Below, in pieces: positions 50,863 through 61,755 of a DNA stretch of 64,000 bases. Where the stretch lies: positions 1,120,001 to 1,184,000 of the forward strand of contig OY970342.1 in NCBI GenBank assembly GCA_963717505.1. The letters are read 5' to 3'. The notes beneath the pieces are model-generated. The model was given only the letters and a program-made list of their open reading frames with translations. It did no database searches and was not told the DNA's origin. This stretch comes from Candidatus Eiseniibacteriota bacterium. GTDB lineage: Bacteria > Eisenbacteria > RBG-16-71-46. Each line of letters opens with the position of its first letter. Position 1 is the first letter of the stretch. Position numbers and translations under genes: made by a program.

Positions 50863-51857
50863 CCGAGACCGGAGCGCCGGAACCCCGGCCGGCGGAGGCG
50901 GGATTCGCGGGTGCGGCCCCCGCGGGACCGTTGCCCGTACGGCCGGGCTTCCGTCGCGCCCAACGACTGCGGGAAAACCTGATCACCTGGCTGCTGCGCC
51001 TGACCGCGTTCTCCGCGATCGGCGGCATCTTCCTGATCATGATCTTCGTGTTCCGCGGCGCCCTGCCGGTGTTCGTCGATCCCGAGACGCAGAAAGAAGC
51101 GAGCCTTGCCGGGTTCTTCGCGACGATGATGTGGCAGCCGGTCGGCGACATTCCCAAGTACGGCATCGTCCCCCTGCTGGTCGGAACCCTCAAGGTGGTC
51201 CTGGTCGCGATGGGGTTCGCGGTCCCGATCTCGGTCCTGGCTGCGATCTTCGCCTCGGAGTTTGCGAGCGCGCGCCTGCGTGAGGCCATCAAGCCGGTGA
51301 TCGAGATCCTCGCCGGGATTCCGTCGGTGGTCCTCGGCTTCTTCGCGTTGATCGTGATGGCGTCGTGGCTCCAGGCGGTGACTGGGTCCACGATCCGGCT
51401 GAACGCCGTGAACGCCGGCTTGGCACTCGGACTTGGCGTCATTCCCGTGATCTTCAGCGTCTGCGAGGACGCGCTGCGCGCGGTGCCGCGCTCGTATCGC
51501 GAGGCGTCGCTGGCGCTCGGCGCCTCGCGCTGGCAAACCGCATGGAACGTGACGCTGCCCGCCGCCGGCGCCGGTGTGGCCGCCGGCATCCTCCTGGGGC
51601 TCGCTCGCGCGGTCGGCGAGACGATGATCGTGCTCATGGCGTCGGGCAACGCCGCGCTGATCTCGGCGAGTCCGTTCGACTCGGTGCGGACACTCTCGGC
51701 GAGCATCGCCGCCGAGCTGGCCGAGGTCGTGGTCGGGAGCCCGCATTACTCGGTGCTGTTCTTCCTCGGTGGGCTGTTGTTCATCACCACGTTCGTGATC
51801 AACGTGATCGCCGGCACCTTCGTGGAAGGCCTTCGCCGCCGCCTGAGGGGTGCATGA
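50859..51857 (+). CDS. pstC: phosphate ABC permease PstC
   Basis: EILAGIPSVV.G, ARAVGETM. Confidence 0.95.
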   Translation: MTETGAPEPRPAEAGFAGAAPAGPLPVRPGFRRAQRLRENLITWLLRLTAFSAIGGIFLIMIFVFRGALPVFVDPETQKEASLAGFFATMMWQPVGDIPKYGIVPLLVGTLKVVLVAMGFAVPISVLAAIFASEFASARLREAIKPVIEILAGIPSVVLGFFALIVMASWLQAVTGSTIRLNAVNAGLALGLGVIPVIFSVCEDALRAVPRSYREASLALGASRWQTAWNVTLPAAGAGVAAGILLGLARAVGETMIVLMASGNAALISASPFDSVRTLSASIAAELAEVVVGSPHYSVLFFLGGLLFITTFVINVIAGTFVEGLRRRLRGA

Positions 51858-52816
51858 GCGCCTCGAGCCTGCCCGTGGACCCGATCGACTCGCCCCTGGT
51901 CCCGCTCGACAAACGCCGTCGCCACGATTGGGGCGGAAACATCCTCGGGGGCGTGTCGGGGCTCGCGGTCGCGCTCATCGTGCTCATGATCGCACTCATC
52001 ATGGGCAACATCCTGTGGTTCGGCTGGAGCACGGTGACCTGGGAATTCCTGACCGCCACGCCCCGCGAGGGCATGACCGCGGGCGGGATCTTCCCGGCGA
52101 TCTTCGGCACCTGCGCGCTGGTCATCCTGATGGTGATCGCGCTGATTCCGTTCGGGGTCGGTGCGGCGATCTACCTGCACGAGTACGCGGCGCCGAATTC
52201 GTGGTTCACGCGCCTGGTCCGCTTCTCGGTGAACAACCTGGCGGGTGTTCCGAGCATCGTATTCGGCCTCTTCGGCCTCGGGTTCTTCATCCAGTTCGTG
52301 GGCCTCCACATGGACCGCGCCCTGGGCCTCGACGTGGTGTGGGGGCAACCCGCGTTGGTCTGGGCGGCGCTCACCCTGGCGCTCCTCAACCTGCCGGTGG
52401 TGATCGTGACCACCGAGGAGGCGCTGGCCGCCGTGCCGCGCGACATGCGCGAGGCCTCGCTCGCCCTGGGTGCGACGCGCTGGCAGACGGTGAGCCGCGT
52501 CCTGCTGCCCCAGGCGTTGCCCGGGATCCTCACCGGCGCCATCTTGTCGATATCGCGCGGCGCCGGCGAAGTCGCGCCGATCATGTTCACCGGCGCCGCC
52601 TACTTCCTTCCCTACCTGCCGACCTCGCCCACGGATCAATTCATGGAGCTCGGCTACCACGTGTTCGTGCTCGCCACCCAGTCGCCCGACGTGGACGCCA
52701 CGCGCCCCCTGCTATACGGTACCGTGCTCACGTTGCTGCTGGTGACGTTCGCCCTCAACCTCGCGGCGATCTTCCTTCGGTCGCGGCTGCGGGCGCAGCT
52801 CGCCGGACGGGGATGA
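51854..52816 (+). CDS. pstA: phosphate ABC permease PstA
   Basis: [33 protein letters not shown]. Confidence 0.95.
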   Translation: MSASSLPVDPIDSPLVPLDKRRRHDWGGNILGGVSGLAVALIVLMIALIMGNILWFGWSTVTWEFLTATPREGMTAGGIFPAIFGTCALVILMVIALIPFGVGAAIYLHEYAAPNSWFTRLVRFSVNNLAGVPSIVFGLFGLGFFIQFVGLHMDRALGLDVVWGQPALVWAALTLALLNLPVVIVTTEEALAAVPRDMREASLALGATRWQTVSRVLLPQALPGILTGAILSISRGAGEVAPIMFTGAAYFLPYLPTSPTDQFMELGYHVFVLATQSPDVDATRPLLYGTVLTLLLVTFALNLAAIFLRSRLRAQLAGRG

Positions 52817-52817
52817 C

Positions 52818-53675
<858 letters not shown>

Positions 53676-53740
53676 ACCAGGATCACGGCAGCGACCCGCA
53701 GGCGTGGCCGGATCGATTCTCCCGTCATCAGGAGACGCCC

Positions 53741-54418
53741 TTGGAGCGACATTTCGAGAAGGATCTGGCAGAGCTCAAGGAGGCGTTGCTGGCCATGGCC
53801 GGCGGCGCCGAGAGCATCGTCCAAAAGGCGATCCGCGCGCTGGAGAAGCGTGACCGGGTGCTCGCCGAAGCCGTCATCGAGGAAGACCACACGATCGACC
53901 GCATGGAGATCGACATCGAGGAGCGCTGCCTGAACCTGCTGGCGCTCCAGCAGCCCCTGGCCGGCGACCTCCGGTTCATCACCTCGGTGCTCAAGATTTC
54001 GAACGACCTCGAGCGGGTCGGCGACCACGCCGTGAACATCGCCGGCTCGGCGATCCGCCTGGCGCGCGAGCCGCTGCTCAAGCCGCTGGTCGACATTCCG
54101 CGCATGGAGAAGATCTCGACCGCCATGCTGCGCGAGGCGATCGAAGCATTCATTCGACGCGATTCGGAAGCAGCACGACGTCTGGTGCTCCGTGACGACG
54201 AGGTCGACCAGCTCAACCGCCAGGTCTTTCGCGAGCTGATCAGCTACATGATGGAGGACCCGCACACCATCACGCGGGCGCTCGAGCTGATCCTGGTCGG
54301 CCGCAACCTCGAGCGGGTCGCCGACCTGGCGACCAACGTCGCCGAAGAAGTCGTGTTCATCGCCGAGGCGCGGATCATCAAGCACCACGCGGAAGACGAG
54401 GATTTCGGGCGCACTTAG
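53741..54418 (+). CDS. phoU: phosphate signalling protein PhoU
   Basis: QQPLAGDLR, DLERVGDHA, LERVADLATN; TTG start after AGGAG. Confidence 0.96.
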   Translation: MERHFEKDLAELKEALLAMAGGAESIVQKAIRALEKRDRVLAEAVIEEDHTIDRMEIDIEERCLNLLALQQPLAGDLRFITSVLKISNDLERVGDHAVNIAGSAIRLAREPLLKPLVDIPRMEKISTAMLREAIEAFIRRDSEAARRLVLRDDEVDQLNRQVFRELISYMMEDPHTITRALELILVGRNLERVADLATNVAEEVVFIAEARIIKHHAEDEDFGRT

Positions 54419-54454
54419 GCGGTACCGGCGCCCCCCTTCGACGATCGCCGCCGA

Positions 54455-54802
54455 CTACTCGTCGCCGGGCCCGGGCCGTCGCTCGCGCTTGCGCTTCTGG
54501 GTTCGCCGCTTGGCGTCGAGTCGCCGCTCGACCGCGGCCACGGTCGGCCGGGTCGCGAGCCGGGCCTTGCGCTTGCGCGCGCGCCGGGCGAGCTCTCGCC
54601 ACACGCGCTCGAGCGCCAGCCGGCGATTACGCGATTGGGAGCGATGTTCGGTGGCGATGCGCACGATGCCGCTCGGCAAATGACGCACGCGGATGCTCGA
54701 GGCGGTCTTGTTCTTCTTCTGGCCGCCGGGGCCGGAGGAACGATAGGCCGTGATCTCGCAGTCGCGCGCCAGGCGAGCGAGCGCTTCGGGGCTCAGGGTC
54801 AT
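54455..54802 (-). CDS. peptide release factor-like protein (ArfB-like)
   Basis: SSGPGGQ..NK, RSQ..N, long basic C-terminal tail. Confidence 0.9.
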   Translation of the reverse strand: MTLSPEALARLARDCEITAYRSSGPGGQKKNKTASSIRVRHLPSGIVRIATEHRSQSRNRRLALERVWRELARRARKRKARLATRPTVAAVERRLDAKRRTQKRKRERRPGPGDE

Positions 54803-55710
54803 CGGGGCCCCGCGCCGGACGCCGCGGAATCACCGCGGACGGCGCTCGCGGCCGCGCGCGTCGCCGGCAGGACGCGGACCACCACGCCGACCAGCAGTTC
54901 GCGCAGAGTCTCGCGCACCGGAGTGGCGAGAACCTCGAAGTCGTGCTGATCGGGCGCCGGCAGCAGGACGAGCGCGCGACCGTTCCACAGAACCCGCGTC
55001 AGCATCACCGCGCCACGGTTCCGCACCGCGCACACCTCGGCGGGCCGCGGCGGCGTGATCGCGCGCGTCACCAAGGCGATCCCCCCAGCTTCGAGTTCGG
55101 GCACGCGGCGATGATCACGTTCGGCGATGCGGTAGGCGATCGGTCGCACCCACGTGGTCGGATCCGGCAGGTCGGAAACGTCGATCCGCAGGTGACCGAG
55201 CACGGCGCAGCGAGGGTGGAGGTCGTTTCCTGGATCGAGACCCGAATCGAGGACGGGCACGCGCAGGCGCGCCCGATCGCGCGCGGATTCGGATCCTGAA
55301 GGTGCGTTCCCCCATGCGAACGGCACATCCTGCGAAGTGGGTGGAGCGATCTCGCGGGCCGCTGCCAGCCCGGGTGCCTGATCGACGTCCGCCACGTGGA
55401 TCCTGGCCGCAGAATCGGCTGCCGACGGCGAACCCCCTCCCGACCCGCGCAGCACCGCCGCCGCCTCGAGCACGGTCTCGAGATCACCGCGGCCCCGGCA
55501 GCGGGCCCAGGCGCGAAACAAGTCTTCGTCGTCCCCCAGGGCCGCGGCGAGCCGTGCCGCAGTCGCTTCGCTGGGCAGTTTGGTGCCGTTCTCTATGTGG
55601 AAAACGAACGCGGGTGAGGCAAGTCCCGCGAGGGCGGCGAGCTTTCGAAAGCTGAGCCCGCGGGCAAGCCGTCGCTGGCGGATTCGGGCGGCGAAAGGGT
55701 CCGAGGTCAT
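54799..55710 (-). CDS. XRE-family HTH regulator with degenerate S24 (LexA/CI-like) C-terminal domain
   Basis: RRLARGLSFRKLA...IENG..LPS HTH; C-terminus follows the S24 strand pattern. Confidence 0.75.
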   Translation of the reverse strand: MTSDPFAARIRQRRLARGLSFRKLAALAGLASPAFVFHIENGTKLPSEATAARLAAALGDDEDLFRAWARCRGRGDLETVLEAAAVLRGSGGGSPSAADSAARIHVADVDQAPGLAAAREIAPPTSQDVPFAWGNAPSGSESARDRARLRVPVLDSGLDPGNDLHPRCAVLGHLRIDVSDLPDPTTWVRPIAYRIAERDHRRVPELEAGGIALVTRAITPPRPAEVCAVRNRGAVMLTRVLWNGRALVLLPAPDQHDFEVLATPVRETLRELLVGVVVRVLPATRAAASAVRGDSAASGAGPR

Positions 55711-55900
55711 TGGGCCACCTCCCTGTAGCGTGGCGATTTGTCTCTGGGCAACGTAGCGCGGAGGTCGGGATCAGCGCAACCGTTCTCCATAGGGAGAACG
55801 AGGAGGGACTGCCCGGAGACGTTTCAGGATCCGCGAACAGCGACGATTGCCTGCAGCCGCGGCCGACACCGGGCGACCCGGTCGCGTAGTATCGCCGGCC

Positions 55901-56911
55901 GTGACGACGAGGCTTTCCGACATCGGCGAGTTCGAGGCGATCCGGCGGATTCTGGCCGCCCGCGAGCCCGGCCCGGGCGTGGCCGTCGGGCCCGGAGACG
56001 ACGCAGCCATCCTGCGTCCCACCGAAGGAATGGAGCTGGCCGCAACCACTGACGCCTTCGTCGAACGCGTGCACTACCGGCCGGGCGATCTGACCGACTT
56101 CGAGCTGGGCGGTCGGTTTGCCGCCGCCAACCTCAGCGACCTGGCGGCGGTCGCGAGCCAGCCACGATGGGGCTTGATCTCGATGGGGATTCGGCCCGAG
56201 ACGCCGATCGCGGCGGTGTTGGAACGCGACCGCGGCATCTCGGCAACGTTGCGCGCGCACGACGCGGCGTTGGTCGGCGGAAATCTGGCTGCGGTGCAGG
56301 GCCCCGAGTGGCTGTCGCTCACTTTGATCGGGGAGTGCGCTCGGGATCGGGCCTGGACCCGGGGCGGAGCACGCCCCGGCGACCTGATCGCGATCACAGG
56401 AATGCCGGGCCGTGCCGCCGCCGGCCTGGCCATGATCACCGATCACCGCGGCGCGCCGTCCGACCGAGACTGGTGGGCGCCGCTCTTTCGTGCGTACGCC
56501 GCGCCCGCCTCGCGCGTCGATCTCGCGCGACGATTCGCCTCGGCCGACCTGGTTCGCGCCGCGATCGACATCTCGGACGGGCTGGCCGCGGACCTCGGTC
56601 ATGTCTGCGACGCGTCTCGAGTCGGCGCCGAGCTGCGGGAGGCGGATTGGCCGGACGATCCGCTGCTCGCCCGCGCGGCATCGGAATGCGGCGTCGATCC
56701 CGCCACCTGGCGACTCGGGCCCAGCGACGACTACGAACTGTTGCTCGCGATTCCGCCCGAAGTTCGTGCGTCCGCGCTCGACGCCGCGCGCGCGGCGGGC
56801 GTCACGCTTGCGATGGTCGGAGTGTTCACCCCGCCGGCGGCCGTCACCTGGGTGGAGCGCGCGGGGGCTCGGCGCGAACTATCGCGTGCCGGCTACGATC
56901 ACTATCGGTGA
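55901..56911 (+). CDS. thiL: thiamine-monophosphate kinase
   Basis: GEF..I, GDDAA, NLSDLAA, IDISDGL, DDYELL. Confidence 0.95.
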   Translation: MTTRLSDIGEFEAIRRILAAREPGPGVAVGPGDDAAILRPTEGMELAATTDAFVERVHYRPGDLTDFELGGRFAAANLSDLAAVASQPRWGLISMGIRPETPIAAVLERDRGISATLRAHDAALVGGNLAAVQGPEWLSLTLIGECARDRAWTRGGARPGDLIAITGMPGRAAAGLAMITDHRGAPSDRDWWAPLFRAYAAPASRVDLARRFASADLVRAAIDISDGLAADLGHVCDASRVGAELREADWPDDPLLARAASECGVDPATWRLGPSDDYELLLAIPPEVRASALDAARAAGVTLAMVGVFTPPAAVTWVERAGARRELSRAGYDHYR

Positions 56912-56950
56912 GGCGAACCCCGCGGCGCGCAGAACGGGCGCCCGGCGTCG

Positions 56951-57526
56951 CTAGTGGCGATCGCGGCGCGCGCCCGAGCGCCCAGAAGCCACGAAGAACA
57001 GGTCGGTGGGATCGACCTTGCCCCGGAAGCGGGCCTCGTGCTCGAGCAACCAGCGTTTGCGCGGCAGTCCGCCGCCGTAGCCGGTGAGCGCGCCGGTGGC
57101 GCCGACCACGCGGTGGCACGGGACGATGATCGCGATCGGGTTCTGATTGTTGGCGAGCCCGACCGCGCGCGCCGAGCGTGGCTGACCGATGAGCTTCGCG
57201 ATGTCCCCGTAGGAACGGGTCTCGGCGTACGGAATCTCGAGCAGTGCCCGCCACACCGAAACCTGGAACGGCGAACCCTCGAGGTCGAGGGCGACGTCGA
57301 AGTGCGACGCCGAGCCGACGAAATAGGCCTCGAGCTGCTCGATCACCGTCTTGAGCTTGAGCAGCGACGGCGTCCATTCCGCGGCCGGGTATTGCGCCGC
57401 GTGCCCGGCGATCATCCGCTTGATGCTCTTGCGCCCCATGTACTCGAGGTGGCGCAGGCCACGCGGCCCCTGGGCGACGAACAACAGCCCGACCGGTGAC
57501 GACATGACGTGGTATTCGAGGCGCAT
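56951..57526 (-). CDS. ogt: methylated-DNA--protein-cysteine methyltransferase
   Basis: FQ..VW, SYGDIA, RAVG, IVPCHRV, GYGGGL. Confidence 0.95.
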   Translation of the reverse strand: MRLEYHVMSSPVGLLFVAQGPRGLRHLEYMGRKSIKRMIAGHAAQYPAAEWTPSLLKLKTVIEQLEAYFVGSASHFDVALDLEGSPFQVSVWRALLEIPYAETRSYGDIAKLIGQPRSARAVGLANNQNPIAIIVPCHRVVGATGALTGYGGGLPRKRWLLEHEARFRGKVDPTDLFFVASGRSGARRDRH

Positions 57527-57587
57527 GGCCGGAAGATAGCGGACGCTGGCGGGGGACGCCAGAAACCCGGGGCGACGGGGGGGTACG

Positions 57588-58922
57588 TCAGATCTCGAAG
57601 ATCAGCTCGCGCGTCGTCCAGTCGATGGTCACGCGCGAATCCTTGAAGAACTCGGGGCCGATGATCGCGTCACGCCGAACCCCGTGGCGCCACAGCTCGC
57701 CGCTCTCGAGTGCTCCCGACCAGCCGGGCAGCTTGTCCTTGCCCACGGCGCCGATGGTCAGACTGGGGACGCCGACCGCGATCCACGGGCGGCCGCTCAG
57801 CCACTTGCCGACACCGCTCGCGGCCTTGGACATGAAGCCGCCCTTGAGACCGAGTTCGTCGAACACCTCCTGGGGCGCGCCGACCCCGCAGCCGGGAACG
57901 CCTGACTGGACGATCAGCGCCATGCGCCGGCCGCCGGCGATCGAGCCGTACACCGTCATCTCGCGCTCGCCCCAGATCTCGAACGGAATGCGTTGGGCTC
58001 CGGCTTCGGGCGAGAACTTGGCGCCGACGGGCCTCAGGATCAGCTCGTGCTCGCGAAAGTCCAGGGTCGGCGTGAACCGCCGGAGCAGGTTCAGGCCGAT
58101 GACTCCGACCACGTTCTCGCCATAGGGATTGACCTCGATGCTCCACTTGCGTAGCGGCAGGACGCCGGCCGGCAGCCGCTCGATCGTCACGCCACCGATC
58201 TCGAGCCGCTGGACCACGGCATTGCCGACCACCAGGCGTGCTCCGGTCCAGAACTCGCGCCGCTGTGCGGGCACGGTCTGCACCTTGTACCGCCGCACCG
58301 CCGAGGGGTCGATCAGCACATCTCCGGCCCCGGTGTCGATGCCCATCAGCACGCTCTGGCCGTTGAGCTTGACCCGAACGATCGGCACCGGATGTCCGCG
58401 CACCCACGGCACCTTGACCTCGGCCGGGACCTCGTTCATCACCCAGGGCGGGGTTTCCGCGAGGGCGCGCAGCAACTCGACGCGGCCCGGTTCGTTCGCA
58501 TCCTCGGCGATCAGGACGGCGTCCTCGTAGCGCCCAAGCCGCACCCGTGCCGCGAACAGGTCTTCGGCAACCCCCGGCTCCGAGCGTGCGCGCTCGAGCA
58601 ACGGGATCGCCTCCTCGGGCCGATCGCGAAACAGCGCGAGCTTGCCGAGTGCGGCCAGTGCTTGTGGATCGGCGGGATCGAGTTCGATCACGCGGCGGTA
58701 GAGGCCTTCCGCCTCGGCCAGCCTCGCGAGCTTGAACAACTGTCCAGCCAGCGAGTCGAGTCGCGCCGGATTGTTGCCGTGCCCGGTTGTGTCGCGCGCC
58801 GCCATGCGCGCCAGGAACTGGGCTTCGCGGTAGCTGGGATCGGGTTGCATCCAGTCGGACCACGCTAGTGCTGCGAATCCCAGGATCAGCGTCGCGGCGG
58901 CGAGGGCGACTCGGCGCTTCAT
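57588..58922 (-). CDS. exported TPR plus retropepsin-like aspartyl protease protein
   Basis: Signal peptide, TPRs, IDTGA, GVIG.NLL; second lobe IVQSG...AIIG. Confidence 0.82.
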   Translation of the reverse strand: MKRRVALAAATLILGFAALAWSDWMQPDPSYREAQFLARMAARDTTGHGNNPARLDSLAGQLFKLARLAEAEGLYRRVIELDPADPQALAALGKLALFRDRPEEAIPLLERARSEPGVAEDLFAARVRLGRYEDAVLIAEDANEPGRVELLRALAETPPWVMNEVPAEVKVPWVRGHPVPIVRVKLNGQSVLMGIDTGAGDVLIDPSAVRRYKVQTVPAQRREFWTGARLVVGNAVVQRLEIGGVTIERLPAGVLPLRKWSIEVNPYGENVVGVIGLNLLRRFTPTLDFREHELILRPVGAKFSPEAGAQRIPFEIWGEREMTVYGSIAGGRRMALIVQSGVPGCGVGAPQEVFDELGLKGGFMSKAASGVGKWLSGRPWIAVGVPSLTIGAVGKDKLPGWSGALESGELWRHGVRRDAIIGPEFFKDSRVTIDWTTRELIFEI

Positions 58923-60094
58923 CGGGCGAGGAAACGCCGGGTGATCGCCAACAACACGTCGGCGCCGATCCTCAGACAGTCCTCGTCCACGTCGAATCGG
59001 GGATGGTGGTGGCCGTAGGTCAGGCCGCGCGATTCGTTGCGCGAACCGACGGCGACGAAACAACCCGGGACTTCGGCGAGCATGTACGAGAAGTCCTCGC
59101 CGCCCATGGTGCGCAGGTCGTCGACGATGTTCGCGGCACCGACCACTTCGGCGGCCGCCTCGCGCGCCAGCGCCGCCATCGCGGGATCGTTGACCGTCGG
59201 GCGATTGTGCCGCTGGTAGCGGATCTCGGCGGTGCAGCCGAGCGCCTCGGCGACGCCGCGCACGATGCGCTCGAAGCGCTGCGGCAGCTCGGCCCAGATC
59301 TCGGAGTCGAACACGCGCACGGTGCCGTTCATCCACGCCGAGGGCGGAATGATGTTGAACGCGCTGCCGGCGCGGATCTGGGTCACGCTGACCACGACCT
59401 CGCGCAACGGATCGGTCGAGCGGCTGGCGATGGTCTGGAGGGCGGTGACCGCGTGCGCGAGCGCCACCACCGGATCGACGCCGAGCTGGGGCTGTGCGGC
59501 GTGGGCGCCGCGCCCGGAAAAAGCGACCTCGAATTCGTCGACCGCCGCCATGAACGCCCCGGGCGTCACGCCGACCTTGCCGAGATCGAGGTCCTGCCAG
59601 ACGTGGAGGCCGAACGCAGCCGCGGGGCGCGGATCGGCGAAGGCCCCGTCGGCGATCATCGCGGAGGCGCCGCCGCCCGACTCTTCGGCCGGCTGGAAGC
59701 ACAGTCGCACCGAACCCGGAAGACTCGCGGCGTCCGCGATCAGGCGCTTGGCGACGCCGAGCAGGATCGAGGTGTGACAGTCGTGCCCGCAGGCGTGCAT
59801 GCGACCGGCGTTCTGCGAACGGTAGGGAACGTCGTTCTCTTCCTGGATCGGGAGCGCGTCCATGTCGGCGCGCAGGAGCACCGTCGGCCCGGTGCGCCGG
59901 CCGGACACCGTCGCCAGGACTCCGGTCTTCGCGACCCCGGTACGGGGCTCGATGCCGAGTGCTCGCAAGCGCTCGGCGACCACACCGCTGGTGCGCTTCT
60001 CCTCGAACGCGGTCTCGGGATGCGCGTGCAGATCGCGGCGCACCGCGATCATCTCCTGGACTTCGGGTTCGCTGAAAGCCGAGGTGTTGGTCAT
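58919..60094 (-). CDS. M20D amidohydrolase
   Basis: RRDLHAHPE, RADMDALP, MHACGHD, FQPAEE, GGEDFS, HHPRF. Confidence 0.96.
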   Translation of the reverse strand: MTNTSAFSEPEVQEMIAVRRDLHAHPETAFEEKRTSGVVAERLRALGIEPRTGVAKTGVLATVSGRRTGPTVLLRADMDALPIQEENDVPYRSQNAGRMHACGHDCHTSILLGVAKRLIADAASLPGSVRLCFQPAEESGGGASAMIADGAFADPRPAAAFGLHVWQDLDLGKVGVTPGAFMAAVDEFEVAFSGRGAHAAQPQLGVDPVVALAHAVTALQTIASRSTDPLREVVVSVTQIRAGSAFNIIPPSAWMNGTVRVFDSEIWAELPQRFERIVRGVAEALGCTAEIRYQRHNRPTVNDPAMAALAREAAAEVVGAANIVDDLRTMGGEDFSYMLAEVPGCFVAVGSRNESRGLTYGHHHPRFDVDEDCLRIGADVLLAITRRFLAR

Positions 60095-60149
60095 GGTCCT
60101 GGAGACGGTTCGGCGGGCCGGGATTGCCGGCCCGCCGTCGTGTCGTCGA

Positions 60150-61634
60150 CTAACGCTTGGTCGTGTCCGCCGGGACCGACTCGTTGCGCTGCAGCAGCCG
60201 CCGGCGCTCGATTTCCTTCCGCAACTCTTCCTTGTTCAGGACCACGAACTCGACGCGGCGGTTCCGCGAACGCGTCTCGTCGTTGGTCTCTTTCACCACC
60301 GGCCGCGACTCCCCGTAGCCCTTGATCGAGTATTGCTCCCGGGGCAGGCCCGGGTATTTGCTGCCGATGTACTTGGCGACCGCGAGGGCGCGTTCCTCGC
60401 TCAGCTTCTGGTTGAGGCCCACCGACCCGCGGGAATCCGTGTGGCCCCCGACCTCGATCTGGAGCTGCGGCCAGCGCACGATCACGTAACCGATCAGGTC
60501 GAGCGCGGGGAACGACTCGGGCTTGAGTACCGCCTTGCCGGTCTCGAAGTAGACCTTCTCCTCGCGAATCATGCCGGTGTCGAGCAGCTCGGTCTCGATC
60601 TCGATCACCTCGACCGGACAGCCCTTGGCGTCGACCTTGAGGCTCTTGTCGGTGTCCGGGCAATCGTCGAGCCCGTTCGGCACGCCGTCTTCGTCGGAGT
60701 CGACCGGGCAGCCGACTGAATCGACGACCGCGCCCTTGGGCGTGTCGGCGCATTTGTCGATGCCGTCGAGGATCGCGTCGCCGTCGGTGTCGCTCGGACA
60801 ACCGACCGAGTCCACCGTGGCGCCCTTCGGTGTGTCGGGGCACTTGTCGATGCCGTTGGAGACGCCGTCGCCGTCGGGATCACTGGGGCAGCCCTTGGCG
60901 TCGACCGTCGCGCCCTTCGGCGTGTTCGCGCATTGATCGATGCCGTCCAGCACCGCGTCGCCGTCGGTGTCGGTCGGGCAGCCGGTGGCGTCGACCGTCG
61001 CGCCTTTCGGGGTGTCCGGGCACTGATCCTTGCGGTCGGGAACGCCGTCGCCGTCGGTGTCGCGGGCCTTGGCGCCCAGCGCGACCGTGAGCCCGGCGCC
61101 GACGATCCAGTTGTGGCCCTCGACGTCGGTGGGCTCTTCCTTGTTGAGCCACATCAGGTCGCGGGCTTCGAGGCGCGCGCCGAGAAAGTCGGTGAACCAC
61201 AGGTTCACGCCAACCGCGACCTCGAGGTTGCCCTGCTTGAGGTCGGTGCCCCCGGAGGAGGGCTTGAGCTGGCTGTTGCCGAAGCCGGCGGAAATGAACG
61301 GGCCGCCGTACATGCCGGAAAACGGGGTGAACACCAGGTTTCCCGAGTAGTGGAAGAAGTCGACGTCGGTTCCGGCCACCGTGTCTTCGTTGGTCGCGGT
61401 GAAGCCGGCCGCGCCTTCGAGCGCGACCCAGGGCCGCAGCTGCCAGCCGAGCCGGCCGCCCAGGTTGAACTCGTCGACCAGGTGGGCGTTCGGGAACCTG
61501 AGGTCGCCGTCGAAGATGGTGTAGCCGGCAAACGGCACGATGTACCCGTAGGAGCCCACGGGGTCGGCGGCCGCAGATCCGGCGAACAGCAACGCAGTCA
61601 GAACGAGCCCCGCGGGCCGAAAGCGTGCGCGCAT
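60150..61634 (-). CDS. OmpA-family protein with thrombospondin type 3 repeats
   Basis: N-terminal barrel, DxDxDG repeats, GHTD, N..LSEERA, NRRVE. Confidence 0.95.
   Translation of the reverse strand: MRARFRPAGLVLTALLFAGSAAADPVGSYGYIVPFAGYTIFDGDLRFPNAHLVDEFNLGGRLGWQLRPWVALEGAAGFTATNEDTVAGTDVDFFHYSGNLVFTPFSGMYGGPFISAGFGNSQLKPSSGGTDLKQGNLEVAVGVNLWFTDFLGARLEARDLMWLNKEEPTDVEGHNWIVGAGLTVALGAKARDTDGDGVPDRKDQCPDTPKGATVDATGCPTDTDGDAVLDGIDQCANTPKGATVDAKGCPSDPDGDGVSNGIDKCPDTPKGATVDSVGCPSDTDGDAILDGIDKCADTPKGAVVDSVGCPVDSDEDGVPNGLDDCPDTDKSLKVDAKGCPVEVIEIETELLDTGMIREEKVYFETGKAVLKPESFPALDLIGYVIVRWPQLQIEVGGHTDSRGSVGLNQKLSEERALAVAKYIGSKYPGLPREQYSIKGYGESRPVVKETNDETRSRNRRVEFVVLNKEELRKEIERRRLLQRNESVPADTTKR
60612..61061 (-). 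repeat. five 90-bp coding repeats (TSP3 Ca-binding)
   Basis: DxDxDxx...D.CxDTPKGA.VDxxGCP five times. Confidence 0.9.
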
Positions 61635-61755
61635 GAGAGACCTCCTTGTGCTCGAGTCACGCGTGGGAGACGCCGAGGTGAATCCGACAGCAACCGCGGG
61701 ACGATAGCCGGGGGCCGGGGGGGAGGCAAGGGCGGCCGTCGCCGTGCGAATGCCC

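Noticed and set aside
60612-61061. Regular 90-bp repeats as a possible CRISPR or non-coding array
   Set aside because: In-frame TSP3 coding repeats inside OmpA; no spacers or cas genes
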